Shown here: positions 9,368 to 20,184 of the stretch, in pieces
Layout: every line of letters begins with the position of its first letter
How positions within the stretch are numbered: position 1 is the first letter of the stretch
IMG/VR virus record: IMGVR_UViG_2703718810_000005
Span: 1-50,143 of that record
Origin: a virus
Lineage: Duplodnaviria; Heunggongvirae; Uroviricota; Caudoviricetes
DNA: 50,143 nt
Direction: 5' to 3' (one strand)
Position numbers and translations under genes: made by a program
Notes under the pieces: model-generated
Database searches by the model: none
The model's input: the letters and a program-made list of their open reading frames with translations, nothing else
What the model was told of the DNA's origin: nothing

Positions 9368-9721
9368 TTATCGTCGCCGGTTAACTGCGGGTGGTTGACC
9401 ACGGTTGAGCCAGAGATAACAGCTGCCCCCGTCATCCGGAGAAACACGATCCACCCAGAATATCTCACCATTAATGGTCAGCGTGTCACCACGCCGCACG
9501 GCACGAACCGTATCCGTCCGCACAAATAATGACGGGCTGCTTCCTTCAATACGGACCCCGCCACCGGCAAACCCCAGCGACTCCGGATCGTCAAAAACCC
9601 CCTGAACTTCGCTGCCACACTGTGCCCCCGAGGTGAACTGCGCACAGAGCCCCATCACTTCAACGATCGTACTGTCTACCCCGGCGAGGGCAGCATCAAA
9701 GGCATTCTGAAAATCACGCAT
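9368..9721 (-). CDS. FII: Head-tail joining protein FII
   Basis: 117 aa, ...GVFDDPE...VRIEGSSPSLFVRTD...FWVDRVSPDDGGSC... like lambda gpFII. Confidence 0.9.
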   Translation of the reverse strand: MRDFQNAFDAALAGVDSTIVEVMGLCAQFTSGAQCGSEVQGVFDDPESLGFAGGGVRIEGSSPSLFVRTDTVRAVRRGDTLTINGEIFWVDRVSPDDGGSCYLWLNRGQPPAVNRRR

Positions 9722-10097
9722 ATTCAGCCGTTCCGTGCTGTATCATGGCCGTTGCCAGTGATGATGGCACCAGAACACGCATCCCCCGTAACGCCAGCTC
9801 AACGGGACGACCTGTCTCCGGGCAATACCCCATTACTTGCAGGCACTTCCGTACCCGGACGGCTTTAACATCATCCGGAGCATCCGTGTTGTTCAACTGC
9901 TCACCATCGTCTGTGTGATTTTGATCAGCCCCGCTCTCATCAGAGTGCATAATGCCCTCCGGGGAAACAGCAAGCTCCTCTTCCCACTCAGACACACGTT
10001 GAGCAATATCCGCAGCACTCCCCGACATATCCGCCTCGCGCCCCAGCAGGTCAGCCAGTTGACGAAGACGATTCAGATTTTCTTCTTTTGTTGCCAT
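9714..10097 (-). CDS. FI: DNA packaging protein FI
   Basis: Position between E and FII; start chosen at MATKEENL, preceded by AGGAGG (six-frame ORF extends to 10145). Confidence 0.75.
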   Translation of the reverse strand: MATKEENLNRLRQLADLLGREADMSGSAADIAQRVSEWEEELAVSPEGIMHSDESGADQNHTDDGEQLNNTDAPDDVKAVRVRKCLQVMGYCPETGRPVELALRGMRVLVPSSLATAMIQHGTAEYA

Positions 10098-10148
10098 CTC
10101 AGCCTCCTGTGAAAAAAGACACGGGGGCATTTCGCCCCCGCTCACGGA

Positions 10149-11177
10149 TTATTTCACCTGTACCACCACAAACTCATCCGGATCCGGCAGCACCATCAGC
10201 GGAGCGGACTGCGTCATGGTGAATTCACAGGACGGATCGCCCACGGTCAGCCAGTGTTTCGGGTAACGGGAAGAAGCCACCACTCCTTCAGACAACGCCT
10301 GTGCATCCTTAATGGCACCATAGCAACGAATCCCCTCTGCCGCCGTATTCCCCAGCACCAGCATGCCCTCCGGCAGATAACGTTTTTCGGTACCGTCCTC
10401 TGCCACATAAGACGTTTTCGCCACCACAATGGCCAGATCGCCGTAATACCCCTTGAAGGACACCACTGCGCCCAGATCTTTCACTGCCGTTTCGAGTTGT
10501 GAATTTGAGCCGCGACGGGTATCCAGTTTTTCGCGGAACAGCTTAAAGCCATTCAGCAGACGCCAGACCGTACCGTCCATAATGGCGATATTCACAAGGC
10601 CGCTGGCCTGATCGCAGTAGAGGTCAATATCATGCGTCGGATCAAACGTATCACGGTCCTGCTCAGACCATTTTTTACCGTCAGCCTGCTCAATGTTATT
10701 TCCTTCAGAGCGCCCGAAATCCACCTCGACAGTATCAAACTGATCCCCTTCCATGGTGTATTTGCCATACAGCACGGCATTCACCGCCTGCATTTCTTCC
10801 ACCTGGACAATGGCGTGCTCTTCCTGTTTGAGGTTATCGGTAATGATACGCAGACGACGGTAGGCCGGGTCGTTCAGCTGAGCCGGATCTTCACCAGGAA
10901 GGCGCTCAACCGCCTGCTGGTAATTAAATTCGTGTTTGGGCTTGACGTAGCCCGGACGTAACACGCGGGTTTCACCACCACGATGACGCAGCACTTTTCC
11001 TTCAACAACCGGGGAGACATAGGCTGCCACCGGCGTTTTTCCGGTAATTTTGTCCAGCATCACCTCTTCGGTATGGAAATTCACCGTACGGCGGAAAAAC
11101 AGTTCCAGAAACAGCGCACGAAATTTCACTTTTTGTTCGGTATAACCGAGTAACTGGCGGGTCGTAAACAATCCCAT
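10149..11177 (-). CDS. E: Major capsid protein E
   Basis: 342 aa, ...PGYVKPKHE...EEMQAVNAVLYGKYTM...KEKLDTRRGSNS... like lambda gpE. Confidence 0.95.
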   Translation of the reverse strand: MGLFTTRQLLGYTEQKVKFRALFLELFFRRTVNFHTEEVMLDKITGKTPVAAYVSPVVEGKVLRHRGGETRVLRPGYVKPKHEFNYQQAVERLPGEDPAQLNDPAYRRLRIITDNLKQEEHAIVQVEEMQAVNAVLYGKYTMEGDQFDTVEVDFGRSEGNNIEQADGKKWSEQDRDTFDPTHDIDLYCDQASGLVNIAIMDGTVWRLLNGFKLFREKLDTRRGSNSQLETAVKDLGAVVSFKGYYGDLAIVVAKTSYVAEDGTEKRYLPEGMLVLGNTAAEGIRCYGAIKDAQALSEGVVASSRYPKHWLTVGDPSCEFTMTQSAPLMVLPDPDEFVVVQVK

Positions 11178-11234
11178 AAATCAGTTCCTTTCATTAAGAA
11201 ATCAGTCAGGCCAACGCAGTGGCCTGATAACGTG

Positions 11235-11582
11235 TTACGGCAGCGCCGCGTGACTCAGGGCTGTGCCGACAAAGGCGTTTGCCTTTTTGTGTTCATCCAC
11301 ACGTTCAGGCCAGCGGATTGCCTCCGTCGCAAAGGTCCCCGACTTGTAATAGGTCAGCACCGTCTCTGTGCCTTCAAGCGGCAGTACCAGTATGCCAGCC
11401 GCACTACCGGCTTTCTGTCCATCCCAGACCACCAGTTTCCCGGTGGCTTCATCCAGCATCAGGGGCGTCAGAGCCGGTGTTGCAGAAGAAATCCCGCTGC
11501 TGCCTGTGGCGGTATGAGCCGGATCATTACCGGCAAAAATACGTACTTCCGCACGCTGTTCAGTGATGGTTTTCGTCACCAT
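11235..11582 (-). CDS. D: Head decoration protein D
   Basis: 115 aa, ...NDPAHTAT...TPLMLD...YKSGTF... like lambda gpD. Confidence 0.9.
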   Translation of the reverse strand: MVTKTITEQRAEVRIFAGNDPAHTATGSSGISSATPALTPLMLDEATGKLVVWDGQKAGSAAGILVLPLEGTETVLTYYKSGTFATEAIRWPERVDEHKKANAFVGTALSHAALP

Positions 11583-11618
11583 TTTGTTAAAACCTCATAT
11601 TGATGGTCAGCACTGACT

Positions 11619-13124
11619 TCATGGCATGGCCATGAGCATTTTCACGTCCGCATCACCGTCTGCTGACGTCTGTGACACGCCACCCCGCACCGCTGCCGGT
11701 GAATGATTCGCCATGAAATGTTCAAACAAGGCGGTTGTGGATGCAGAGACCGGTTCGGCCTTACCTGATCCCGCAGCCAGCACAGCCCGGGCGTTCTCCA
11801 CGGTCATTCCCGGGCAGGCCGCCAGTTTTTCAGCCTGCGCTTCTGCCCCTTTTGCCTCATCCAGGGCCATGATCTGATCACGAAGTGAGGGCCCGGCATT
11901 CGCCTGCGGTGAGGCAGCGAGGATCGGGCGGGCTTTTTCCACCGTCATCTCCGGCATCGCCGCCAGCGTTGCCGCCAGTTGTTCACGACCTTTCGCTTCT
12001 TCACACGCCATAATGCGATCGGCTTCACTCTGCGCGGATGCCACCGGCTGCTGTGGTGCCGCCGCGGCCAGAATCGCCCGGGCCTGTTCAATGCTCATGC
12101 CCTGTTGTCCTGCCAGCATCGTGGCAAGCTGTTCACGTCCTTTCGCTTCCTGACACGTCAGGATCCCCATCACTCGCTGGTTCTCCTGCGCGGCAGCTTC
12201 CGTTGCAGTTAATTGCGGCATAGTGCCTCCTGTATCATGAGTGTTCAGCGCCGCAGCCATCACGCTGATGGCATCCGACGCATTGATTAATTCATCCGCC
12301 AGTCCGGCCTTAATAGCGGACTGACCTTCAAAAACGGCAGCCTCTGTCCCCGTGACAGCTTCCACAGACAGCCCCGTATACATCGCCACTTTTTCGGCAA
12401 ACATCCGGTGCGCCGCATCAACCCGCTGCTGCATGTCCTGACGCACCTCTGCCGGTAAAGCTTCAAACTGATTGCCATCCACCTTGTGCGCCCCGGCATA
12501 AATCAGCGTGATATCCACCCCGGCCTGCGCCAGATGACCGGCATAGCTGACATGGCTCATCATCACGCCAATGGAGCCGATACGGGATGTCTGGGTAACC
12601 AGCCGTCGGGAGCAGGCCGACGCCAGCAGCATGGCTGCAGAACAGGCCGTGTCATTGCACAGTGCCCAGACCGGCTTCTGCTGACGGAGGCGGTAAATCA
12701 TGTCAGCGCAGTCAAACGCGCCGGCGGCCTGCCCGCCAGGACTGTCAATGTCCAGCAGTACGCCCCGCACCTGGCTATCTGCCATTGCCTGCTGAAGACA
12801 GGCGACAATGCCGTCATAGCCTGTCATTCCGGAAAATGGCCGCATACCGCCCAGCCGGTGCACCAGCGTGCCGGTCACCGGCAGTACAGCAATACCGTTC
12901 ACCACCCGGTAAACACGGGCCGGTCGTTTACCTCCGGCCATGTACTCGTCCGTTTCAGCCAGCATTCCGGGAGCATCAAGCTGTACCTGCTGTTGTGGTA
13001 CCGAAAGACTTGCTGCCCCCATCTCGCGCCCGAGCGCGCAAAAGAAAACCCGCGCATAGGCGGGCTCCAGAAGCAGCGGTTCATTGAATGCTGCGGCAAT
13101 AATGTGTGAAAGATTACGTCTCAC
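11619..13124 (-). CDS. C: Head maturation protease C with in-frame scaffold (Nu3-like) C-terminal region
   Basis: 501 aa, S49/ClpP-like core (...LLDIDSPGG...) as lambda gpC; C-terminal third has three tandem ~38 aa repeats. Confidence 0.9.
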   Translation of the reverse strand: MRRNLSHIIAAAFNEPLLLEPAYARVFFCALGREMGAASLSVPQQQVQLDAPGMLAETDEYMAGGKRPARVYRVVNGIAVLPVTGTLVHRLGGMRPFSGMTGYDGIVACLQQAMADSQVRGVLLDIDSPGGQAAGAFDCADMIYRLRQQKPVWALCNDTACSAAMLLASACSRRLVTQTSRIGSIGVMMSHVSYAGHLAQAGVDITLIYAGAHKVDGNQFEALPAEVRQDMQQRVDAAHRMFAEKVAMYTGLSVEAVTGTEAAVFEGQSAIKAGLADELINASDAISVMAAALNTHDTGGTMPQLTATEAAAQENQRVMGILTCQEAKGREQLATMLAGQQGMSIEQARAILAAAAPQQPVASAQSEADRIMACEEAKGREQLAATLAAMPEMTVEKARPILAASPQANAGPSLRDQIMALDEAKGAEAQAEKLAACPGMTVENARAVLAAGSGKAEPVSASTTALFEHFMANHSPAAVRGGVSQTSADGDADVKMLMAMP

Positions 13125-14706
13125 GTGGTGTTGTCTCCTCTTCCGGCCTGCGACTCTCCGCTATCTGCTGCTGATACGCCTGCGCTATCCACACCGGATG
13201 TGAGAGTCCGGCTTTTTCCCGCTCTGCAGATTCCCTGACCTGCTGGCGGAAAATGTCCTGATAATCCTCGCCCATCAGCGCCAGCTCTTTCTCATACGTG
13301 CTCAGTCCGGCCTCAATGCGCATCACTGATTCCTGAACCTCCTTGAGCCCGTCAATGGCCATTCTTCCGGCTCCAATCCACTCAGCCCGTGACCAGGCTG
13401 ATCGCGCCTGATAAAAATCAAAACGTGCCCGTGGCGGACGAATAATCCCCCGAAGAAGTGCCTCTTCCAGCCAGCAGGAAAACATCTGCGTGGCCAGCCG
13501 GGACGCAATAAATTTTCGCCGCCCCATAAAATAGCGCCACGACTCATTGGCGGATGCGCGGGCACTTGAATAACTGACCTTCGAGTAATCACGGGACAAC
13601 TGTTCGTAGGAAACGCCAAGACCGGCGGCGATATACCGCAGCAGCGCCTGTTCAAGCGCCGAAAATCCATTGTCTGAATCCTGCGCGGTCTGAAGTTTCA
13701 GATCATCACCGGGGAAAAGGTGCGGAATTTTGACACCGCCCAGCGTCACGCTATTCGTGTCATACCAGGTGGAGAACTTATCCAGAATATTAATAAGCGG
13801 ATTATCCTTCTGCCCCTGCGGCGCACCGGCGATATATTCAAAGGCCTTTTCGGTATCAAGGTCACTTTCAATCGTCGCTGCATACATCGCCTTCACTATG
13901 GCCGACTGAAGCTGTGTTGCCTGCAGGGAATCGAGCATCTTCAGCCGTTCCATTACGCTGTAAAACTGATTGGCCCCACGGGTCTGCCCGTCCTCCACCG
14001 GCTCGAAAATATGCAGCATGGCCGGACGCCCGGTGGGAAGTTCACGCGGGATCCGTTCCCATCGTCCACTCCCGGAGAACGGAAAATCATCCTCACAGAT
14101 ATGGTACGCAACGGCACGGCCATATCGATCGACCTCCACACCGGCCCGCAGAAAACGGTTCCCCATACCGTGTCCTGGCGTGTCCACCCGTTTCGGACTC
14201 ACGGCTTTAAAACGCGTACGAAACAGTTGCGTGCTCTCCGTATCCCAGACCGGCTGCACAAAGATTTCGCCGTTAAACGCATGAACGCCCACACCTTCAC
14301 GGATAAATTCCGTAAACGTGCGTTTCCCTTCCACGTCGATCTCGCCAAACATCCCTTCGGCGTATTCCGACCAGGCCGCCTCCACCTCATCGACAAAACT
14401 TTTTGCCGCAGTCTCCCGCATCCCCAGCCAGCGCCAGTTCGGACGGTAGCTGATCAGAAACATATGCCCGACAATATGATCCTTATGCAGGGCCACCGCA
14501 TTAGCCGCTATCCCGTTATTGCGCACCAGATCATCTGCCCGGGCATTCCCCAGACGCAACGCAGGCAGCAGGGCTGCATCGGCACTCTGCGCCGGTGGCA
14601 ACCACTCCGCCATTTGCCCGCCAAATCCTGCGCCGCCCCCGTTGTAGCTGAGACTCTCACGAAGCGGAACGCCGTTCACATCAATCAGGACAGGCGTTCG
14701 TTTCAT
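13114..14706 (-). CDS. B: Portal protein B
   Basis: 530 aa, ...GNARADDLVRNNG...RGANQFYSVMERLKMLD... like lambda gpB. Confidence 0.95.
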   Translation of the reverse strand: MKRTPVLIDVNGVPLRESLSYNGGGAGFGGQMAEWLPPAQSADAALLPALRLGNARADDLVRNNGIAANAVALHKDHIVGHMFLISYRPNWRWLGMRETAAKSFVDEVEAAWSEYAEGMFGEIDVEGKRTFTEFIREGVGVHAFNGEIFVQPVWDTESTQLFRTRFKAVSPKRVDTPGHGMGNRFLRAGVEVDRYGRAVAYHICEDDFPFSGSGRWERIPRELPTGRPAMLHIFEPVEDGQTRGANQFYSVMERLKMLDSLQATQLQSAIVKAMYAATIESDLDTEKAFEYIAGAPQGQKDNPLINILDKFSTWYDTNSVTLGGVKIPHLFPGDDLKLQTAQDSDNGFSALEQALLRYIAAGLGVSYEQLSRDYSKVSYSSARASANESWRYFMGRRKFIASRLATQMFSCWLEEALLRGIIRPPRARFDFYQARSAWSRAEWIGAGRMAIDGLKEVQESVMRIEAGLSTYEKELALMGEDYQDIFRQQVRESAEREKAGLSHPVWIAQAYQQQIAESRRPEEETTPRET

Positions 14707-14909
14707 AACCTCACTCCCAGCGGACGACGGCGACGTCGGGTTGTCCCCAGTACCGACTCCGCATCATTGATCGCCCGGTTAAGCTCATCCAGAGAAGCCG
14801 CCGTATATTCAATTCTGCGACCATCTTTCTGGACAGACACCACCCGTTTACCGGTTAATAAATCAAGGCGCGCCTGACGCAGCGCCTGTAGTTCAGCGAC
14901 TGTAACCAT
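14703..14909 (-). CDS. W: Head-tail joining protein W
   Basis: 68 aa, ...LLTGKRVVSVQKDGRRIEY... like lambda gpW. Confidence 0.9.
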   Translation of the reverse strand: MVTVAELQALRQARLDLLTGKRVVSVQKDGRRIEYTAASLDELNRAINDAESVLGTTRRRRRPLGVRL

Positions 14910-16821
14910 TCACTCCTCCGGACAGCTTCGCTGCCAGTTCTTTAAGGGTTGGCCGGGTCGTCTCTTCTTCCCGGGATTTTGCCAGTACAGCCAGATCAAG
15001 CTGCCAGCGTTGCACGGACACACGTAATGCCGCATAGGCATACACCAGGCAGTCCAGCGCTTCGTTACGCCGCTTTTTGTTATCCCACAGCAGACGCATC
15101 TTTCCTTTTTCCCACTTCTCCACAAGCTCTTCCGCGACCAGTTGCTGCGCCTCTGTCTGCGAAAAAATCTCCGGATCATCAGGAAAACGGATGGCATACG
15201 ACGTGGCTTCATCCGCAGGCGTGGGATCGGCTTTCATACGGGCATAGAGAATTTCTTTTGCGGTGTCCGTCCCCACTTCACACAGATACACGCCCCGCTG
15301 ATTGCGGGTTTTCGGCATGGTGATCACCGGCTTGCCATAGACAGATGCGCCTTTTACCGGCAGCACCCGGAAAACACCGTGTTTTTTTGACCTCTGATAG
15401 ACAATTTCACCATCGATCCCCCCGGTGTCCCAGCAGACACGGGAAATGGTCATTTCGGTTCCGTCTGCATGGCAGTATTTTTTGTTGATCGCCGCATCCA
15501 CACGTAACAGCGTCTCTTCCTCATCGGGACGGCCCATAATGATGATTTTATCCACCAGAAAAGCTTCCTCTCCCGGTGCCCATCCCCAGACATACATCTC
15601 AAAACGGTTTCGCTGCGAGTCAATGCCCGCCGTCAGATAAACCACCCGGGCTGGCACCGCCGCCGTGTAATGCACGACCTTATCCATCAGTACCTGGTGA
15701 TCGAGTTTTTCGCCCACGGCCTCTTCCCAGGTCTCGCCCAGCGTGGTGTTCACAAAGGTTTTCAGGCCGTTGGGATCTTTCAGTGCATCCAGCCAGTCAT
15801 AGACTATCTGTACCCAGGTGGTGAACGGACTGTACGCCGTCCAGATATGGAACGTGATGGAGCGCGGCGGCGGAATTTCATTATCCGCGGCGCTGAAAAA
15901 CGTCAGACCGTCACGGGTCCACATCCCCGTGTTTTCACAGATCCACCGCCCGTTGCTCTGGTCAAGCTCAGACTGATGGATCACGCAGCCATGATGTTCA
16001 CAGAGGTAGAAAACGCTTTCGGGGCTGTCCTTCTCCCATTTAAGGCCAAAAGGCGTGGATTCATCGCCAAATTTCAGATACTGCTCCTCCCCACAGTGTG
16101 GGCAGGGCACATAAAAACGCATGAAATGCGCCGACTCGTTGGCCGCTTTTTCGATCTGGCAGGTGCCTTTGATTTTAGGCGTCGAGCCGCGAATGGATTT
16201 GGGCCATACAGAGCCCTCAATACGTTTATCCCCAAGCAGGGTTGGCGAACCCTCTTTTTCGACATCCGGTTCGAACGAGGAAAGTTCGTCATAGCAGACC
16301 ACGTCCACGGATTTTTCACGGTAGTTTTTAGCGGCAGCCCCGCCCAGGCACCAGAAGCCCACGCCCGATGAAAAACGTTTCAGCGTGAGGGTATTATCAC
16401 GATGTTTACGCCCAAACCACGGTGCAAGATCGAGTAAAACCGGCACATCCCTGATCGTGGGTTCCACATGAGATTTCATAAAATCTTCAGCAGCAGAATC
16501 CGTGGGCTGGAAAAGAAGGCTGTTGCGTGATTTATGCTCAATAAAATAAGCCTCCACTCCCAGCAACATCTTTGTATAACCAACACGGGCAGATTTAATC
16601 AGATTAACAGTGCGGATCCGGTCATTCCCCATGCTGTTCATGATGGCAACCTGAAACGGCAGTGTTTCCCACCGCCCCGGGGTGTAAGATGACTCTTTCG
16701 GAAGGTAATAATGTCGATCTGCCCACTGAACTGTCGTCAGAGGGACAGGAATTTTTAGCGCAAGGAGGCCGGTTGCTATCGCTCCTGCAGAATTAGCCGC
16801 CCTCAGTTCGTCTGAAATCAT
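14893..16821 (-). CDS. A: Terminase large subunit A
   Basis: ...[20 protein letters not shown]...[20 protein letters not shown]... like lambda gpA; ATG at 16821 (MISDEL) by spacing to conserved block; ATGs at 16839 and 16863 also possible. Confidence 0.9.
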   Translation of the reverse strand: MISDELRAANSAGAIATGLLALKIPVPLTTVQWADRHYYLPKESSYTPGRWETLPFQVAIMNSMGNDRIRTVNLIKSARVGYTKMLLGVEAYFIEHKSRNSLLFQPTDSAAEDFMKSHVEPTIRDVPVLLDLAPWFGRKHRDNTLTLKRFSSGVGFWCLGGAAAKNYREKSVDVVCYDELSSFEPDVEKEGSPTLLGDKRIEGSVWPKSIRGSTPKIKGTCQIEKAANESAHFMRFYVPCPHCGEEQYLKFGDESTPFGLKWEKDSPESVFYLCEHHGCVIHQSELDQSNGRWICENTGMWTRDGLTFFSAADNEIPPPRSITFHIWTAYSPFTTWVQIVYDWLDALKDPNGLKTFVNTTLGETWEEAVGEKLDHQVLMDKVVHYTAAVPARVVYLTAGIDSQRNRFEMYVWGWAPGEEAFLVDKIIIMGRPDEEETLLRVDAAINKKYCHADGTEMTISRVCWDTGGIDGEIVYQRSKKHGVFRVLPVKGASVYGKPVITMPKTRNQRGVYLCEVGTDTAKEILYARMKADPTPADEATSYAIRFPDDPEIFSQTEAQQLVAEELVEKWEKGKMRLLWDNKKRRNEALDCLVYAYAALRVSVQRWQLDLAVLAKSREEETTRPTLKELAAKLSGGVNGYSR

Positions 16822-17341
16822 CAATCCACCTGCGCACATTCTCACCGGCTTCAGAAGCCACATCGGATGCTTTCGCGATTTCAGTTTTCACAGCATCAAG
16901 ATGTACGGGTGATATATCAGGGTATTTACGCTGCAGTGTCTGAGGGACACGGACAAGGATCCCTGATATATTCTGTGCCACTCGCTGAAAGATGTAGGTA
17001 AATAACTCCGTCTCGAGGACAAGGCCTTCCTCACGAGCATTTTTCAGCTCCTGTGCATCGGCCTGTGCCTTCGTCAGTCGGTAACGTTCGTAATCAATGG
17101 TGCCGGGCTGAAGGTCTGATTCGCTGGCAGCCCTCAAATCCTCGATCTCTTTACGGAGTTTTTCGTTTTCAATATCAGCTTCCCTCTGCGCATACCACTG
17201 AATGGCAGCAGTTGTATCAAAAACTGATTCAGTCCCTTTCCCTCCACCAGAAACTAGTGGTAACCCCTGACTCTGCCAGGCGGTGATGGTCCTGACATCA
17301 ACGCCAAAAATATCGGCCAGTTTTTTCTTATTGACGTTCAT
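16793..17341 (-). CDS. Nu1: Terminase small subunit Nu1
   Basis: 182 aa, [26 protein letters not shown]... like lambda Nu1. Confidence 0.9.
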   Translation of the reverse strand: MNVNKKKLADIFGVDVRTITAWQSQGLPLVSGGGKGTESVFDTTAAIQWYAQREADIENEKLRKEIEDLRAASESDLQPGTIDYERYRLTKAQADAQELKNAREEGLVLETELFTYIFQRVAQNISGILVRVPQTLQRKYPDISPVHLDAVKTEIAKASDVASEAGENVRRWIDDFRRTEGG

Positions 17342-17510
17342 ACACTCCCCCGGGAACCAGAAAGGATCTGAAAATGGCGTTTTCGGACAAAAACAGCCTT
17401 TGTCAGATCCTTTTATATTTTTAAAATTCTATTGATAATCAATCAGTTAAAAAGAAGAAGAACGGATCTGATTTTTCCCTAAAAATTTTCATAAATAGCG
17501 AAAACCCGCG

Positions 17511-17522
17511 AGGTCGCCGCCC
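17511..17522 (-). other. cos site: 12 nt cohesive-end sequence (cosN core)
   Basis: Minus strand reads GGGCGGCGACCTCGCGGGTTTTCGCTATTTATGAAAATTTT..., the lambda left-end sequence; lies 170 bp upstream of Nu1. Confidence 0.85.
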
Positions 17523-18003
17523 CGTAACGGCCCGGATCGCCGGAAAGGACCCGTAAAATGATAATGGTTATCAGTTGCAACAAAATCCAGTTTCTTCCAC
17601 CATCGCACCGGACCAGCGACCATGAGGGGACAACGCCGCGCTCCGTTAACGCGGTAAACCCCGGTGTGTATCGTTTTTGATTATCCCCGCACACTCTCGC
17701 AGAGGAGTCTCCCTGTCGGGCTGCGGTCTCTGTTAATGCAGGAATACGGCGACGATACGGCGCATGGCTATGTCAGGCTGAAATGCCTTTATCCGTTAAA
17801 AAGGATATCAATTAAGTTATCCCGTGTAGGGTATAAGCCATTGTCGAGACCACTCATTGAATGGCCTCTGCAATAACCGATGTCTTTCCATCAGTCCGCC
17901 ACCACAAAGAATCTTTTTTGCCATAAGGCTGGAGGTTCATCTTTCAGTGGCTGCCAGTGTTATTTCCCCACTTACTGGCTTGGGTTGTTTCGCGGTACTG
18001 CCG

Positions 18004-18546
18004 TTAATTGATGAGTCCGGGGATTACGGTTTGCCCGTGCTGTTCAAGGCGTTCAATTCTAGCCAGCAGCTGTGGCTTCTTAATTTTGCCCCAGCGATTT
18101 AGCAGGCGACCTGACATGCTGGCAACATCCTTCTCTTTCATGTACTCCAGCATTACGGCATTTCTCTCTTCTTCAAATTGACGATGACCAACCTGAAGCA
18201 TGGCGTACATCCAGTTAAATGCGTTGATGTAAGCAATTTTGATACGCATTGCTTCTTTTTTGGTGTAGGACATAACCAAAAGCATCAACCCATCCTTGCG
18301 GAGACGGTAGAATTTTTGCGGCTTACCATTCTGTAACTCATTGTTTTTATAGCAAAGCTCAAAGTTGAGCTTTGTATCAAACTCAGGAGGGCAAGCTTCT
18401 ATGGTTCGTTCAATGTCACGAACTACGTTCTTCGGCAGCTTTCCAAATGCTTTTGCCACCATAAAAGAATCTGTAACCGGATCGTTGTTTGCCACAAAAA
18501 TCAGATCTCGAAAATCGATGCCGTTAACGATAGTTGGATAATTCAT
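18004..18546 (-). CDS. Rha-family phage regulatory protein
   Basis: N-terminal ...PVTDSFMVAKAFGKLPKNVVRDIERTIE... typical of Rha domain; start at MNYPTIV preceded by AAGGTG. Confidence 0.65.
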   Translation of the reverse strand: MNYPTIVNGIDFRDLIFVANNDPVTDSFMVAKAFGKLPKNVVRDIERTIEACPPEFDTKLNFELCYKNNELQNGKPQKFYRLRKDGLMLLVMSYTKKEAMRIKIAYINAFNWMYAMLQVGHRQFEEERNAVMLEYMKEKDVASMSGRLLNRWGKIKKPQLLARIERLEQHGQTVIPGLIN

Positions 18547-18693
18547 CAGTGCACACCTTTTAGTGATGAACCTTGTCACACAGGATTCCGGCCCACAGAA
18601 AGGCACCGATCACCAAACCGGCATCCTCAAGGGTCATCCTGAAAGGTTCTGTGTTCATAAGTCGCGCGTGTGAAGCGCGTTTACTGCGTACAT

Positions 18694-18716
18694 AAAAAAG
18701 CCCCGCATCGCGGGGC
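18694..18716 (-). terminator. Intrinsic terminator downstream of Rz/Rz1
   Basis: Minus strand gccccgc-gat-gcggggc followed by TTTTTT. Confidence 0.6.
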
Positions 18717-18748
18717 TCATTAAATGGACTTTGTGATTTGCAAAAAAA

Positions 18749-19192
18749 TTATTTCAGGCATTGCGTCCTGATGTATTCCTGCAGGTAGTTAACCTGCGCG
18801 GTTATCTTGTCGATTCCACTTCTGAGACGGTAATAATTGAGTTCAGCATCTGCTGTAAGTCCTGGGCTTTCTCCATCGCCCATGCTGCTGGCTCCGGTCG
18901 TTGACTTTGCACAGGTGGCGGCGACTTGCAGGCGCTTACGACCAGCAGAAACATCAGCACGGAGACTTTCGATAGTCGCATTAGCATCAGCAAGCTCCTT
19001 TGTGTATCTGGCGTCAAGTTCTGCTACATCACGTTGCCGCTTCTGCATATCATCGATGATGGATGTGGCTTTATCGCGCTGCTCTTTGTAGGCGATGGCG
19101 TTATCACGGTAATGATTCAGCCCCAGACTAAGCACACCACAGACCACCAGCAGAATAACGGTAAACGCGGAAATAATTCGGTTTATGCTCAC
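18749..19192 (-). CDS. Rz: Inner-membrane spanin Rz
   Basis: N-terminal TM segment then ...[14 protein letters not shown]... and coiled-coil, typical Rz; GTG start at 19192 inferred (six-frame ORF runs to 19285). Confidence 0.75.
   Translation of the reverse strand: MSINRIISAFTVILLVVCGVLSLGLNHYRDNAIAYKEQRDKATSIIDDMQKRQRDVAELDARYTKELADANATIESLRADVSAGRKRLQVAATCAKSTTGASSMGDGESPGLTADAELNYYRLRSGIDKITAQVNYLQEYIRTQCLK
18802..18987 (-). CDS. Rz1: Outer-membrane lipoprotein spanin Rz1 (embedded in Rz, +1 frame)
   Basis: Signal peptide with lipobox ...LLVVSAC followed by proline-rich mature region; fully inside Rz in another frame. Confidence 0.65.
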   Translation of the reverse strand: MLMRLSKVSVLMFLLVVSACKSPPPVQSQRPEPAAWAMEKAQDLQQMLNSIITVSEVESTR

Positions 19193-19337
19193 CCCACCAG
19201 CCCTGCCGAACTCAACGCCATCCAGGCTATGGAAAGAAAAAGAGCAACCATCATTAGCGAAAATGAAACGTCGACAATCACACAAATGGTCTTTGTCAGC
19301 GTTATGATTTTATCCGATATCATTAGCCACCTCTCCA

Positions 19338-19910
19338 TCAATCCGCCTTTGTTATTTTCCCTTTGCCTGTATCAGCCAGGACAAAATCAATCAGCAGATT
19401 CGCTTCGTTTATCAATGTGCGGATTTTTGATACATGCGCAGCTTTAACCTGTTTCCACTCATTCAGCCCGGTAGCAAACACACTGACAATGTTTTTATCC
19501 CGTTGCATGTCAGCGCAAGCCTGATTGAGTTCTTCCATCACGCTCATTTGACGAGGATTAACGACAAAACCCTTCGTCCAGTATTCATAGAGAACATCGT
19601 CGCACTCTTCCTGATACTGAATGACTCTGTCGCGGATTTCAGGTTTAACTTTATTTGGGTTGATGGTTTGCAGCCAACCTGCAAGTTTACGTAAAGCAAG
19701 ACAGATAACCAGACGACGCTGAGTATCACCGGGGAGCTGAATCATCATTTCGATGATGCAGGTCTTAAATCTCTCCATCAATTTGCGGTGTTGAGACTGC
19801 CAGGTCATACCCATTCCCTCAACGACAGGTTTCATGGGAACGTATGGTTCGCCGTTATGGTTAACCACATAAAGAGAATCGCCGTGAAACGGCACGGTCA
19901 TCATATTCAT
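19338..19910 (-). CDS. Putative phage antirepressor-like protein
   Basis: 190 aa, N-terminal ...VPFHGDSLYVVNHNGEPYVPMKPVVEGMGM... resembles antirepressor N-terminal DNA-binding domains; AAGGA RBS; sits between endolysin and Rz. Confidence 0.45.
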   Translation of the reverse strand: MNMMTVPFHGDSLYVVNHNGEPYVPMKPVVEGMGMTWQSQHRKLMERFKTCIIEMMIQLPGDTQRRLVICLALRKLAGWLQTINPNKVKPEIRDRVIQYQEECDDVLYEYWTKGFVVNPRQMSVMEELNQACADMQRDKNIVSVFATGLNEWKQVKAAHVSKIRTLINEANLLIDFVLADTGKGKITKAD

Positions 19911-20184
19911 CGGTTATTTCCTTTTAGTGATGAACCCTGCGCACAGGAATAACCAGCCCAAAGAGGGTTAACCAGACCACTGCCGGTTATCCACCAGGGC
20001 TCATCCTGAAAGGTTCTTTGGTTTATTTACGCTTGTGCGAAGCGCAGAAATGACAAAGGCACCATTACGGTGCCTCTGCGTGAAACAATGTTCCTGACTT
20101 TATTCACTTAGGTTTTGCCAGTTCGCAGGATTTCGTGTTATCCGCCCGCGTTGGCCAACATCATTTTTCAGCAAAATATTCTGC

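Noticed and set aside
17523-18003. Possible bor-like or other small gene between cos and the Rha gene
   Set aside because: Only short overlapping ORFs (17479-17694, 17664-17876, 17857-18102) without RBS; region more likely holds cosQ and non-coding sequence.
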